A stretch of DNA of 64,000 nt, taken from positions 29,326,001 to 29,390,000 of the forward strand of contig OZ365115.1 of the NCBI GenBank assembly GCA_977030845.1, given 5' to 3'. The notes under the pieces are model-generated. The model worked only from the letters and a program-made list of their open reading frames with translations. It was not told the DNA's origin and searched no databases. Positions 1 through 12,004 of this stretch are shown here, one piece after another; position 1 is the first letter of the stretch, and each line of letters starts with the position of its first letter. Both the position numbers and the translations under genes were made by a program. This DNA is from Fimbriosthenelais zetlandica (lineage: Eukaryota).

Positions 1-148
1 CAGCCTGCATAGCTGTCACCACTCAGTCCGACTTGTCGATCAGTTCCATCTATTGCCGTCACCCATAGTGGCGCTCCGGTTCCTTGTAAGAAGACTGCGC
101 GACTGGAGCGCTACTATGCGGAGTTTGTGTTCACCAACAACACCGAAG

Positions 149-214
149 CGGAACTTCCGGTAGATAACACAGATTTTGGCCTACGCAATCCACGGACATT
201 TTTTTCGTGTAAGT
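149..214 (+). promoter_or_regulatory. Probable promoter/5'UTR exon end of the sushi gene: ETS-type motif and splice donor
   Basis: CGGAACTTCCGG at 149-160 contains CCGGAAGT on the - strand, within a locally GC-richer stretch. A GTAAGT donor at 209-214 would pair with the acceptor (tttttgcag, AG at 1738-1739) just before the ATG at 1744. Confidence 0.4.
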
Positions 215-1743
215 GATTCTTTTCTATCGTATTTTGGGTTCTTGACATTCGGATAAAAAGTCTCATACCTTGAACCGAAACTCTTGGTATGTAAACTGAC
301 TGTTGACATGGCAAATACCTGTAGAAGTAGGATGGGCAAATGCCTGGGCGATAATTGGGGTTAATGTAATACCCTACTATGTGGAGTATGTCTAGTCTAG
401 TTTTGGTGGCGGAAATCCTCCGCTCTCTTGAACCTTTTTGGCATAAAGCTTCCAAGTAATGTTACCGTTTTATGTCATTGGGAACAGAGGGTTCTATAAA
501 TGTAGCTAGTGATTATTCATGTACTGTTACCCGGTATTTTAAGTCTGACAGTCAAAACTCAAGGGCCCCACCCAAGACAAGTCCCAACACTCCCCTCAGG
601 CCTCACCCCCCACCCCCGCTTCCACTTCTAGATAAGGAGGCCTACCTTGTAAATTAGTTACTCATAGGATTCATGTGAAACTGAAAGATCTTCTGATTAT
701 TAATTAATTATTCATACGAAGGCACCATACCCTCAGTTCTCAGGTTCTAGTTGGAAGGAAAACATTTTAAGGGAAAAGAGGTAAATATTTTTCATCTTCT
801 TGACCATGTCCATGGATTCTATCGGGGCGGATGGTGGGGGCCTGGTATTTTTGTCTGGCAAATATTATTAACTTCAGAATAGAGATGGGATATTCTTATT
901 TTATTTATTTCATGTCAAGACGGGCCCAAAATATTTATTCCGGGTTTTACTGTCTATGTAATTATTTATTAAATTTAAAAAAAAACAAAAAAAACCCAAG
1001 CCACCCCCACCCCCCTCAGTACCGGTACCAGTATTCTAATGGTCGCCGTCTTGTCTTCCCAGCCCATTTAATGTTAAGCCCATTTCCCACACAATTTCTG
1101 ACGTTTCTCTTTAACCCTCAAAATCATTTTGTGACATTCCTGTAATTTCTCAGTCTTAGCTGCATTTATTCATTTGAAACCATGTTGGCCCTGGGCTATA
1201 ATTAATTTACCGCTTGACTTGTAACAATATACATGTTGAACAGTCAACACGCCATATAGATTTACTCTGAATCTGGGTCATCAGACATGTATACTACTAG
1301 TATTGTGTGACTGATAGCTAGACATAACGTTACTCTAGGCCTACTGCTATTCTCTATGTTTTCTGTTTACCAGTACCAGTACCACTGACTGTATCGGAAC
1401 TAAATTCCAAATTATCATATTGGTATTATATTCTATTTTTTTTCTTTTTAAGATTATACAGTGGTAATAAATATTTTATGTTTATCTGGTATCGGTACGG
1501 TACTCTTAATTATCCTCATTCATCAATTTTGCTGCATATTATTACAGGAGTGGAATGCTGAAAATTACTCTTGTCTGCTGAGTCAATTTAGTTCACACCA
1601 ATAAATATAGGCCTAGGTAAGTTTCAGGTACAATTGGTGGGCTGACCGGATAGACCTAGATCATACCCAAAAAACGATACCCTGCCCATTTTAAAAGCTT
1701 TTTCACTATTGGTACCCATTCTATACCTCTTTTTTGCAGGATC

Positions 1744-4700
1744 ATGTTGCCTACAAACTTAGCCAGGCTTGCAGTGGCCTTCTTGTATCATGTAATCGTT
1801 GTTAGTGGTACGTATTATATAAAAGCTTGGCATTATTATTCCTGGTCCTCAATATAAAGTAAATAACTCGTTATATATTATAAATATTATATATTTTTAG
1901 GAGTTTGCAACAAACCAGCCATTCTAACGTCAATGTTTCCAGACACTGGCGAAACCTCATTCAACACGGGTGATACTGTAAGCAATCAGTTACTTGTATT
2001 CTCTTCACTATTAGATTTAGATACTCCGTAGCTGAGATTCTTTAATATTCCATACTACGTAAGCCTCACTACTAACTGTAGCCCCTAGGCCAAGCTATTC
2101 TTCTCATACCCTGAACTATTTGGAAGAAAGTGCACCTATCTACCATATTTTTCTGATGTTTATGTTTGATTTTATCTATACAGGTACAATACCGCTGTCA
2201 GAATGGTTATAATTCAGGTGGAGGTAGCACCATGGTCACGTGCCAATCTGGTGGCACCTGGTCACAAGTTGCTCTCGTCTGTAACCGTGAGTCATCTTTT
2301 AAAATTTAAATTTTTGAAATTTGTGCACAAAAATCTCCAAATAGGTTACAGCCACATATATAATAACAAAAATTACAAGTATAGGCATATGCCTCAAGTT
2401 AATTGTTTTTTTGAGAAAATGAATTTTTCATGACTCCTGCCGCTCCTAATTATGCGATTCTCTACTGTTCCAGCTGTATCATGTCAAACGATAAATTTGC
2501 CCAATGGACAATACTCGCCTCAAGTAACTACATTCCCCAATCGGGTGGATTTTACTTGCCATACTGGCTACCAGCTCTCAGGTAGTGCTTACGCCAATTG
2601 CATGGCTAATGGTGACTGGAACTACGTTACAGGTTCTGCACCCTCTTGCAATGGTGAGTACTGGCAGTACTTTTTCCGTAATATATATATATTTTTTTTT
2701 AGGAAATATGGGTTATACTCTGTCTCTGAAAGACAAAAGAACGATGGCCGTTCAGGCTATAATAGTATACAGCTGAAATCGACGGCCACGCCATCTGAAA
2801 TAAAACTATTTGTAGCTTCCGGAAATATGGTTTCTTCCGGTGTTGGTTTTGACCCATAGGGGCTGAATAGTAAAAAATTGTCTACCATTGTGAGATGGCA
2901 GAATGCCGCTCAGATTCAAGAAAAAAACACTTCTTATCCTGACGGCCTATCATTATGGGTGGATTTGATTCTAAATTCTCTGGTCGACAAATTAAGAAGT
3001 TGGAAATGAATTTTTGTACTTTCAGCTGTAAGTTGCCCTAGCCTGTCTGATCCAGCTCAAGGTAGTGTGTCACTGAGTGATAGTAGCAACTATGATTCAC
3101 AAGCCACCTACTCCTGTTCTTCTGCTTCTTACTTCTACACGGGTACATCTCCCAGGACCTGCCAGGGTGACAGCACATGGAGCGGGCGGGAGGGAGAGTG
3201 CCGAAGTAAGGACCCAATCCATTTAATCCACTGGTGCATTAATCCAATACAATCACATCTTTAGAGGTCCCAGGTTCAATTCCGCAAACATTGTCCAAAT
3301 GTGTGTTGCTATTTAAACTTGGATTTCAAAGGCCAGTCATGTCTCCCACTGACTATGGTGAGAGGCATGTAATAGAGTTATTGATGCTGATATTTCTATG
3401 GGATTAAAATAAATTACTGTATTAACTTACTGTTGCCTTTTTTCTGGTTTAGCTGGAGAGTGTGCAGACCCCATCGTAGACTTTGGTAATGTCGACAATA
3501 CCGGTATTGAAAACTTTGATAGTGTCACCAGTGTAACGTAAGTATATTTCCTACTTGTTCAACTGGAATAGGAATTTACTGTTGTCCAGAGTTATCTTGA
3601 ATATTGTTGACAGCATGTTATGCATTGCAATACTCTGATCCAATCTTATTTGACATTTCTGTTCCATGGATTCTCCATATATATATCATTTACTGATTTT
3701 TCAGCTGTGATGAGAACTATATCATGGACCCTTCAAACTTTGGTGAATCTGTTTGTGAAGTAGTCAACGGCATTGGCTCATGGGTACCCTCTCTTCCAGT
3801 ATGTAGGCGTAAGTACCAATATCCTTTACATTGCATCTTAATATACACTGACGGGTTTTGGTTTGCTTGCTTGTTGGTAAGCCCTTTATTGAATGATTTA
3901 TAATCTTTATTTCTTCAATAAAAGCATCTCATTCTGACATGTCTGCTCATGGTTATGGATTAAATAGTACATGTATATCCCATGCGTCTATCCATGCTTT
4001 AAAAAAACATAAATTAAACTCAATCAGTGTAGTCTTCACACATTCATATTAACAACCATTTTGATACTGCCTTGAAATTATTAGAAGGAGATCTTTCAGT
4101 TGCCAGGCATTTGAAGATTAGAGGTTTTCCCCATATTATTATAATATATGATGGTTTACTCATGACGCTAAGCTATTTGCATCGTGGTCTAGCCAGATAC
4201 GGGTTTCAAGCATGCCCCTAGGTTATGCTGCAGAGAAAACAGGTCTACAGCTCATTGGATGCCATCAAATGTTCTCAAGTTTATTTGTAGTTTCTGCTCC
4301 AAAAGAGTGAACAAAAATGGTAATAGCTCGTAATGCTACTGCTTTGTTCTTTATACCTAAGCGGAAAAAGACGATGATAATTGATGGTTTCTTCTGAGCC
4401 CTGATAAAAGCACCAAGCCTTAGAGTGACACGCACGTCCAATGTTGGTGTGATTTGGACAAATTGAAAACCTATCAAAATTATTCTGGAAAGATAGTTTC
4501 AGGTCATTTTGCCTACCCCAAGTGGCACACGTGGTTCTCATGTGTCTGAGATATTTTTGGGCCAGGCCGGGTCCGTTCTTCGGGAAGATACTGGAAGACC
4601 CACTCGTCTGAGATTTGAACTTTATTTTCACAGAACCTTGTGAGGGAGGGAATATTGTTAATGGAACAGTTGGTTTTGCTCGCCATGGTTCCACAGCCTC

Positions 4701-7700
4701 TGTCTCGTGTAGTCAGGGCTCTGAAGCTGTAAGCTCTCAGGTCACCTGTAATAATGGAGTATTTGATCCTACTCCAACATGTAGATTAATCCCAGGTAAG
4801 ACTATACTGACATTGAAGTGCCATTAACTACCAAACATCAATGTATTTCGTTCACCTTAAATTATGCACCACTGATGAAAGCAAGATTAGTCTTTGACCA
4901 CAATCTCAGCTGAAAATGATAGTAAAAAATCCCTAAAGTAAAAAAAAAACTCCATAAAAGTAAAATTAATTCTAGTTTCCGGAGTGTGGTTAAGGTGAGG
5001 GGTACATTCTTAGCTGATAATTGTCGATAGAGACCCCCTAAAAAGATTTAAAAATCTGAAAAAGATTGTGCTAATATTTCCTTCCAGTAACGTGCTCACC
5101 AGTAATAATAGACCATGGTAATGGGCCTGACAGGGTACTGGCTAATGGAGAAAGTTTCACTGTCACATGTGATGGCGGGTACCAGGCAGATTCTACCACT
5201 CACATTACTTGTGTGGATGGTACCTTCGTCCCATCTGTTCCTCGCTGCTTAGAAAGTATGTTAGCAAATCTATCCAAACTTTGATGCTTATGGTGCGGAC
5301 ACACCAAACCGTTTTTTCATCACATTGCGATTTTTCATAAAACGCCTATGAAAAGAGTATAAAAAGTATATAAAAAGTCCATAAAAAAGCGCTGATCGAC
5401 CGAAAAACCACATGGTGGAGACAATTCATATACTTTGTGTTATAAACATTTTATAGGCATTTTATACAAATTGCGTTGCAACCAAAACAATTTGGTGTGT
5501 TTGCACCATTAATTATTTCTGCATGCGACTTCTAAATTAAGCTTATAGACACAGAGTATTACATGATTATTTAGTGCTTCTACTTTAATTTAAATCTGCT
5601 ACCAACAATTTAAAGACCTCATGTAGATCGTATCACCAAAATGTTCCCCAATCAGATGGAGCTGTATACAACACATCATGGTCTTGGGGATTCTGAAAAA
5701 ATAGCGAATTTGTTCCCTAATCAATGGCAGCTGTATATAATGTCTCGGGAACTTGGGCACTGTGAGAGAATGTTCATTGTCTGGAAGTGTTTCCTAATCA
5801 GGGGTAGCTGTATACAATGCCTCATGAACATGGGACTGTGCGAAAGTGTTCATTATATTGAGGGATATTCACTCACGGTAGTTTTTCTGTATTTTCATAC
5901 AATTATGTACAGTAACATAACCTGTATGAGAAAGTGGAAAGTGTTCCCTAATCAGAGGTAGATAATATGGTGGTTTTACTGTATTTTCTTACAATTACAG
6001 TAACTTGCCCTGTAGTAACTGTAGAACATGGCCGTGGTCCAACCAGGGAATTGACTGATGGTGAAAGTTTCACACTTATATGTAATCCTGGCTATGAGCC
6101 AGATTCAGACCCTCATGTTACCTGTGTTGATGGTGCCTTCGACCCACCCCTGCCTAATTGTACACCAAGTTAGTATGCTCGACCAGTTTGTGGGATCTTT
6201 TTTTTTTTATCTTTCAGAAAGACTTGCTTATGTAAAACTTTTGAAGTGACAGTTCTAAACTAATTCAATGCTGCTTTCTATTCACGGACATTGCATGGAA
6301 ATAATGACAATTTCTTTTGGTGGAAGATTTTCTCACTGCTTTCTTCTATGGCCTAACAACTCCCTACTTCATCTGCCAGTTGAAATACCAGACTTAGAAT
6401 AATCTTTTTGGGGGGAATATTTCCTTCCAGTAACCTGTCCAGCAGTTGTAGTAGGCCATGGTACTGGGCCTGGTAGGGAATTGGCCAATGGGGAGAGTTT
6501 CACTGTGTCATGTGATTTGGGGTATGAACCTCAATCTGCCGTCCACATTACGTGTGTTGAGGGGGTCTGGATCCCAGATCCCACACAGTGTTTACCAACT
6601 ATTCCAACTACTACTGCAAGTATGTCAGCAGAATGCATGCATGTCAAAATAATGCACTAGATCACCCTAAGATAATACTCCCCAAATATTATAGTGTTCC
6701 TGAACCATCTGAAAAAAACGAGCTGGGGTTAGAAATCAGAGAAGTTTGAATTGCCGACACAACGATCCAAAATATATCAGATGTCATAGATTGCAGCCAG
6801 GATTTTCCCTGATAGCGAGGGTACTTTTCCATGACACTTATCAAAAGTCGCGCAAATAGCGAACACCATGAAAAAAGTCCTTCCTGGAAATTCCCATTTC
6901 AGTCATGGAAAAGTGACAATGGGCAATAGAATTTGGCAATGGGCAGTCTGGTTTTTGTCTGGCACTTGCATGACCGAAACTGGCTACCATTATTTATTGT
7001 TTCATGGTTAAAATATTAAAGGAATTGTGTAAGGTAACCAACCAAGTATACTGATTAGGAAAATTAAGTTTATAACTGAAAAGAGCAGGCTTCTGTTTCA
7101 GATTTTATTGGGAACCCTCCTAGGCTACATCACCCTGCACGACAGAAAATATCCAATTGCTTTTTGTGACATAATGCCCTAGAGTAATATAACTTATTAA
7201 GTTCACCAAATACAAAACCTATTAATCCTAGAATTTAAGTTGTATTTAACAGTTGTCTCTGGTTGGCTGTTCCGGACCTGCTACTCAGATCGACTAGGGC
7301 AGTGATATGGGAAAAGTGTGTCTGTATAAAGCAGTAACTGGTGGCTAGGCATTCCAGTCTTTAATAAAGTTAACAAAATGGCCATGTTAGACAGTTTATG
7401 TCAACTGATAGTCTTGTATGGTTGCCAATCAAACATTTCCCCAGGATTGAAATTTGTAAATTGTCAATGAGTATACTTTTATAATATACATGTGGTACTA
7501 ACCAATTTGCCATATTGTACCATGCTATCTTATGTCAAGTTCCCCCTGTTAAAACCTTGTAACACAACCATACTTTCATTCCAAACATTTTCATATTTCC
7601 AGTGATTCTCAAACCATGTCCACTGGTTCTGAAATATATTTTAGATTTATGAGCATGAGAGTGTTTGCTAGAGTATGAGAGCTGCATTTGATCTTTTTGA

Positions 7701-10700
7701 TTTTATTTGCTTGCTGAACCACTGCAAACCACTACATTGTAATCCAACCCTCACGAACCACCCACCCCCACACTCATTCATGATTCCCATGTTTATACTA
7801 GCATGAACATTATGTATAAGTTTATCATTTCTACTTGAATAATCCATGAAATATCCAAATTATTGTTTATTGCATAACAGTCTGCCTCATTACTATGAAA
7901 TTTCTTGAATTACGCATGTATCTCTTTCCTAGCAGACATACCTGGAAGCTAACAACTTTTCCATGTACCATCATTTTCCTAAGAGAAACTGTTTTTAGTT
8001 TCTTCTATTTAAATCCTTCATATAGTTATCATTAAAGGTATCGGTTTTGTTATGTTTAGTTGCAGCGCCTACTGAATGTAGTGAGATCGTGATACAACAT
8101 GGCAGTAAAAGTCCGAGCAGTAAGACTGTAGGAACCAGTGTGACTATTACCTGTAATGCGGGATATCAGTATGTAGGCAATCAACCTGTCACCTGTGGCT
8201 CAGATGGTCAGTGGAGTCCACAAGTCGGAAGCTGTGAACTATCAGGTAAGGAAATCATTAAATTTATCACAAGGGCAGATCCAGGCGGGAGGACCCATAC
8301 TCTTTCAAATAATGTCCTCACGCTAAAGTTGTAAATTTCTGGGGCCACAAGGCCGACTGGTCCCACCTCCGTCCATCATAAAAGTCTTGGATTGATTCCT
8401 GTTACTGCATGTATAACGCTTAATATCTTGGTTTTAATATCTTTGATATCCAGGACAGTTCTGCCAAATGCTTGATATCGAAAATGGTCAGGTCAATTAT
8501 CCTCAAGGCATGGGTTTTGGGAAAACGGCGGAGATTAGGTAAGTACTCTCAAATCTTGATATACAAACATGGATTTTTTGCATACTATACTATATCTATA
8601 TGTTTGTTTGCATATTATACTATAGTTTTACTATATTAGAACAAACTCCTGTTATCTTTACGCCATTCAATCATTCGGTTTGTTAATTACATTTATAAAT
8701 TTCTCCATCAGTTGTGACGAGGGTTCAACGATGGATCCAGCGAATGTCGAATCATCAGTGTGTCAACAAAATGGCCAGTGGGACCCACTTTTCCCTAAAT
8801 GTACCAAAGGTAAGTAGTATCATATATGCCTGGCTAGAGATGTCAGATATGCTTCTCATGTTAACACATTTAATTTCACTAAATTTTTTAATTCAAAAAT
8901 TGAGGCAATTGCTCAGCTTTTTTTGAGGGAACACAAGAAATCTTATGGGCCGTTATCACACATATACTGGGCTTTAAGCCAAATTAACCCACATTCAGTT
9001 AATTCAATTTGTTCAAATATATAATAGATATTTGACACAAGCTTTCGAAGGCATACGAAGGGATATTGGCTGAATTTTATGTCAATTTTGTGTTGTAAAT
9101 ATAAATTAAAAATCATGCATTGCACATTCAAATTGACTGGATGATTAATTCTGTAGCTAACTCGCGAGGTGTTAAAGGTGAGGTGAAGCTTCTATTAGAG
9201 GTTTCTGCAGTGTTCGACATCCAGTGATTTTGGAGGCCGTCGACCATCAGTCGTAAGAGCATAGCCTGACAGAATGATGTATAAAGATGCAGATGAGCTT
9301 GGTATGGCCAGGCTAAATCTAGCATAGATCTGATCGTCAGGCCATATGTCGAACACTCTTTCTGTATTATAAACCTTTACAAGTTTTTCAGGGTTTCGTG
9401 CCTCAGCTTTGCCACACAACTTGAAAAGTCAGGAGTAAATTCTAATTTTTCAAGGTCATGGAAAAGTCATGGAATATTTTATTATGTGTGGCAATCCTGT
9501 GGTTAGTTAACGTTAACTCAAAGTTGTATTTTTGATGGTTATTGTTACTGTTCATACTGTTCAGCATTTTTATTCGGGCCAGCTTTTTGCTTGGGGAAGG
9601 GGACTATTATTTGGTGTCTACCTATCAGAGACGGGAGCTTGCCGTTGGGACTTTTTTGGCGGGCGCCTGAATTTCCTCCCGCTGATATCGTGCACTGCAT
9701 TGCACGTTTGATGCAATGTCCGACTGTTTTTTTCTTAATTGTAAGATATACATTTATAAGAAAATTCATCGGCCTTGTTAAAATTAAGATAAAGAAATAC
9801 ATATTGTAGGGGGATGAAGACAAGACCTGAAAGAGAAGAAAATCTGGATTAGAAAATCAATTTTTTGTCGGATTCTCTTGGCCAGCTAGGTTTCGGAATG
9901 TCATCGGGAAATCAGGGAATTTTGAAATAATGCTCCAGAGGGAACCCTGGGTCTTCTTCACTAGACCCTTTCTCAATTATTCTGTTATCTTTATTTCACT
10001 TCACTTTTCTTTGCATTAACTCTGGGCAATTTTATTTTGGGAACTATCTCTGTGAAGGTGCCCAATAATAATACGAAGATTTTAATATTGACTGATTTGT
10101 TCAGTGAGGAAAAAAGTGAAGCTGAGTCGGGGCAAATTCTGGGGATTTTGAAATAACACTTCAGTGAACAATCTTTTCTTTAAAGTGACATTTTTTTTTC
10201 TTACAGGCGGTCCAAATGTACCTTTGATAGTAGGAATGGTATTCTTGGCATTAGGTGTTATCGGTGCAGCGGTATGTGGCGGCATTTACTGCAAAAAGAG
10301 GGGCGGTAAGTGTTTAGTCCTTTCCTGAACGAATTTTTACTCATCCTTAGAGTTCATTCCCAAAACTCTTAATAGTTTAATATTATCCCACAGTAGCACT
10401 AATACATGTACACTTGCACATCTGTGTTTTGAATATCGATCACCATCAATATTGGGAATGCTTATAGTAGAATATAACGATAATTATGGTAGTATAAAAG
10501 TTATCTGGGATTGTTGAGCGATAGGATTGAGGCCCATTTCAAAATAGTTTGACTAAAGTGGATTGTGAATGGATTGTCAGATTTTCAGGATTTCAGATTT
10601 TCTTTCGTACTCAACTACTTGTACATTTATATTCAAGATTTGATAATTTCACCCTTCTTCCCTCTTATCCTGGGTAGATATTTGATCAAATAAATCGATT

Positions 10701-12004
10701 TAAACGGTTATGTTAAGGAGAATTTTAGTCTCCCACAGATTCCAGGTTGTGGACAATACAGGATAGCTGATTCCTCTTCGATTCCCCTTTGTAGGCGTAC
10801 ATTCTTTTTCAGAAACCATAAGAAAACAACTCTCTGTAATTAATAAGGTTGATTTAACCATTATACATTAAAGATCATAGGGGGATAAATGGAGCTAATC
10901 CATAGTATGCTGCCTTTTGTGGGAACATCATTTGACTTGTTCATCTACTAGTTTGTACTCGGCACACACTCTCCCACAACACTGAGTGTCAACCTTCTCT
11001 CACTCTCACCCTCTCTCAATGCATTCAGGGGTCGTAAGCCTATATTAGAAGCCTATGTGTGAGCATTGAAACATCTCATTCTATAATTTACTATTCCAAA
11101 CAGTTGCTGTCTCTCCATAAACTATATGAAGGTATCAACCTAAGTGTCAGGGTATAATTTACCGGGTATCGCATCGTGATTTTTGCGATACATGTTATCT
11201 GCATTCTTCTGGTGGCAAAAGGGAAATTTTTATGCAAAATCAGTTGATTGGATTCTGATTGCTATGCAAAGTCAACTTTTGTCAACAAAAATTGCTATGC
11301 ATGTTTGTCAAAGTAAATTATACCCTGAGTGTAATCTTAAATGGGTGAGTTTTCTCAATTAAAATCTTCAGCATCAATAGCAGATGATTTACTTTACATT
11401 ACAGTGGATGAACACTGTCAATCAATCATTGAATCAAATTGCTTGGATGAACAAACAAAGAATGTATATGCTCACAGATAGGATATAAGGGTATGATGTA
11501 GGCCTACCATACCACATAGGCTCATGGTAAACCCTATGAATCTCATTTCAATTATGCTGAATATAAGCAGACACAGCACCACATCTAAGCCTACTTCCCC
11601 CCCCCCCCCCGGGTTGGATCCCGAATTTTGTTTAAATAATGAAAAGATTAAGTAGAAAACGGGGACTAGACCTTGCGTCCAAAATTAATCCTGGATCCGC
11701 CCCTGCATGAGCCCAACTTTGCGTTCTCACCTAATGATTTTCAGGTCATTTACCACGCAAGAAACAAATTTCAGGCTAAATTCCAAAGCAAAATTAAATT
11801 GACCTGAAAATCTGGTTTTCAGATGAAAATGCAGACCCAGGGACGGTAGGAAGTGCCCCAAGCCCATCCGCGGATCCAGAAGCTAACCTTGGAGACAAAC
11901 AATCTCCATCTAACATGGATGATAAAGCTAAAGATCCATTATCCCCTCCCAAACAATCATCTCCATCTGCAGATAAAGCTAATGATGCATTGATATCCTC
12001 ATGA
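1744..12004 (+). CDS. Type I membrane protein with 10 sushi/CCP domains (RCA/complement-regulator-like architecture), about 707 aa
   Basis: 16 phase-consistent exons: 1744-1807 (signal peptide MLPTNLARLAVAFLYHVIVVS), 1901-1977, 2184-2286, 2474-2653, 3026-3205, 3453-3537, 3705-3808, 4634-4795, 5088-5255, 6001-6168, 6431-6619, 8066-8245, 8454-8538, 8712-8809, 10207-10305 (TM PLIVGMVFLALGVIGAAVCGGIYC-KKR), 11823-12004 (tail to TGA). Each module has the C-(F/Y)xCxxGY-C-W/F-C sushi pattern. Confidence 0.88.
3255..3425 (+). mobile_element. tRNA-derived SINE-like relic
   Basis: B-box-like GGTTCAATTCC near 3273, followed by a body (gtctcccactgactatggtg...) partly similar to gcctcccactggctgtagt near 40217, and an AT-rich tail. 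Confidence 0.35.
5291..5508. mobile_element. PIF/Harbinger (Tourist-like) MITE
   Basis: Imperfect TIRs TGGTGCGGACACACCAAA / TTTGGTGTGTTTGCACCA with TTA on both flanks (5288-5290, 5509-5511). Confidence 0.65.
5641..5960. repeat. Degenerate tandem repeat (unit about 70-80 bp) in a sushi-gene intron
   Basis: Recurring TGTTCCC(C/T)AATCAG...AGCTGTATA(C/T)AA...TGGG motif near 5642, 5711, 5788 and a partial copy near 5942. Confidence 0.6.
9404..9499. mobile_element. Short TIR element relic (hAT-like family)
   Basis: Ends CAGCTTTGCCACACA and TGTGTGGCAATCCTG are imperfectly inverted, with internal GAAAAGTCA(G/T)GGAA repeats. Similar GGGAACCCTG-type ends occur near 9940, 23890 and 36383. Confidence 0.45.

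Noticed and set aside
114-455. 113-aa - strand ORF at the window start
   Set aside because: No recognisable motif; it overlaps the probable sushi-gene promoter and 5'UTR.
4265-4694. Two overlapping - strand ORFs in a sushi-gene intron
   Set aside because: No domain I can recognise and no convincing splice context. It could be an old repeat relic, which a Dfam or tblastx search would test.
9128-9419. Overlapping - strand ORFs in a GC-richer intronic patch
   Set aside because: Short, with stops in all frames and no identifiable family.
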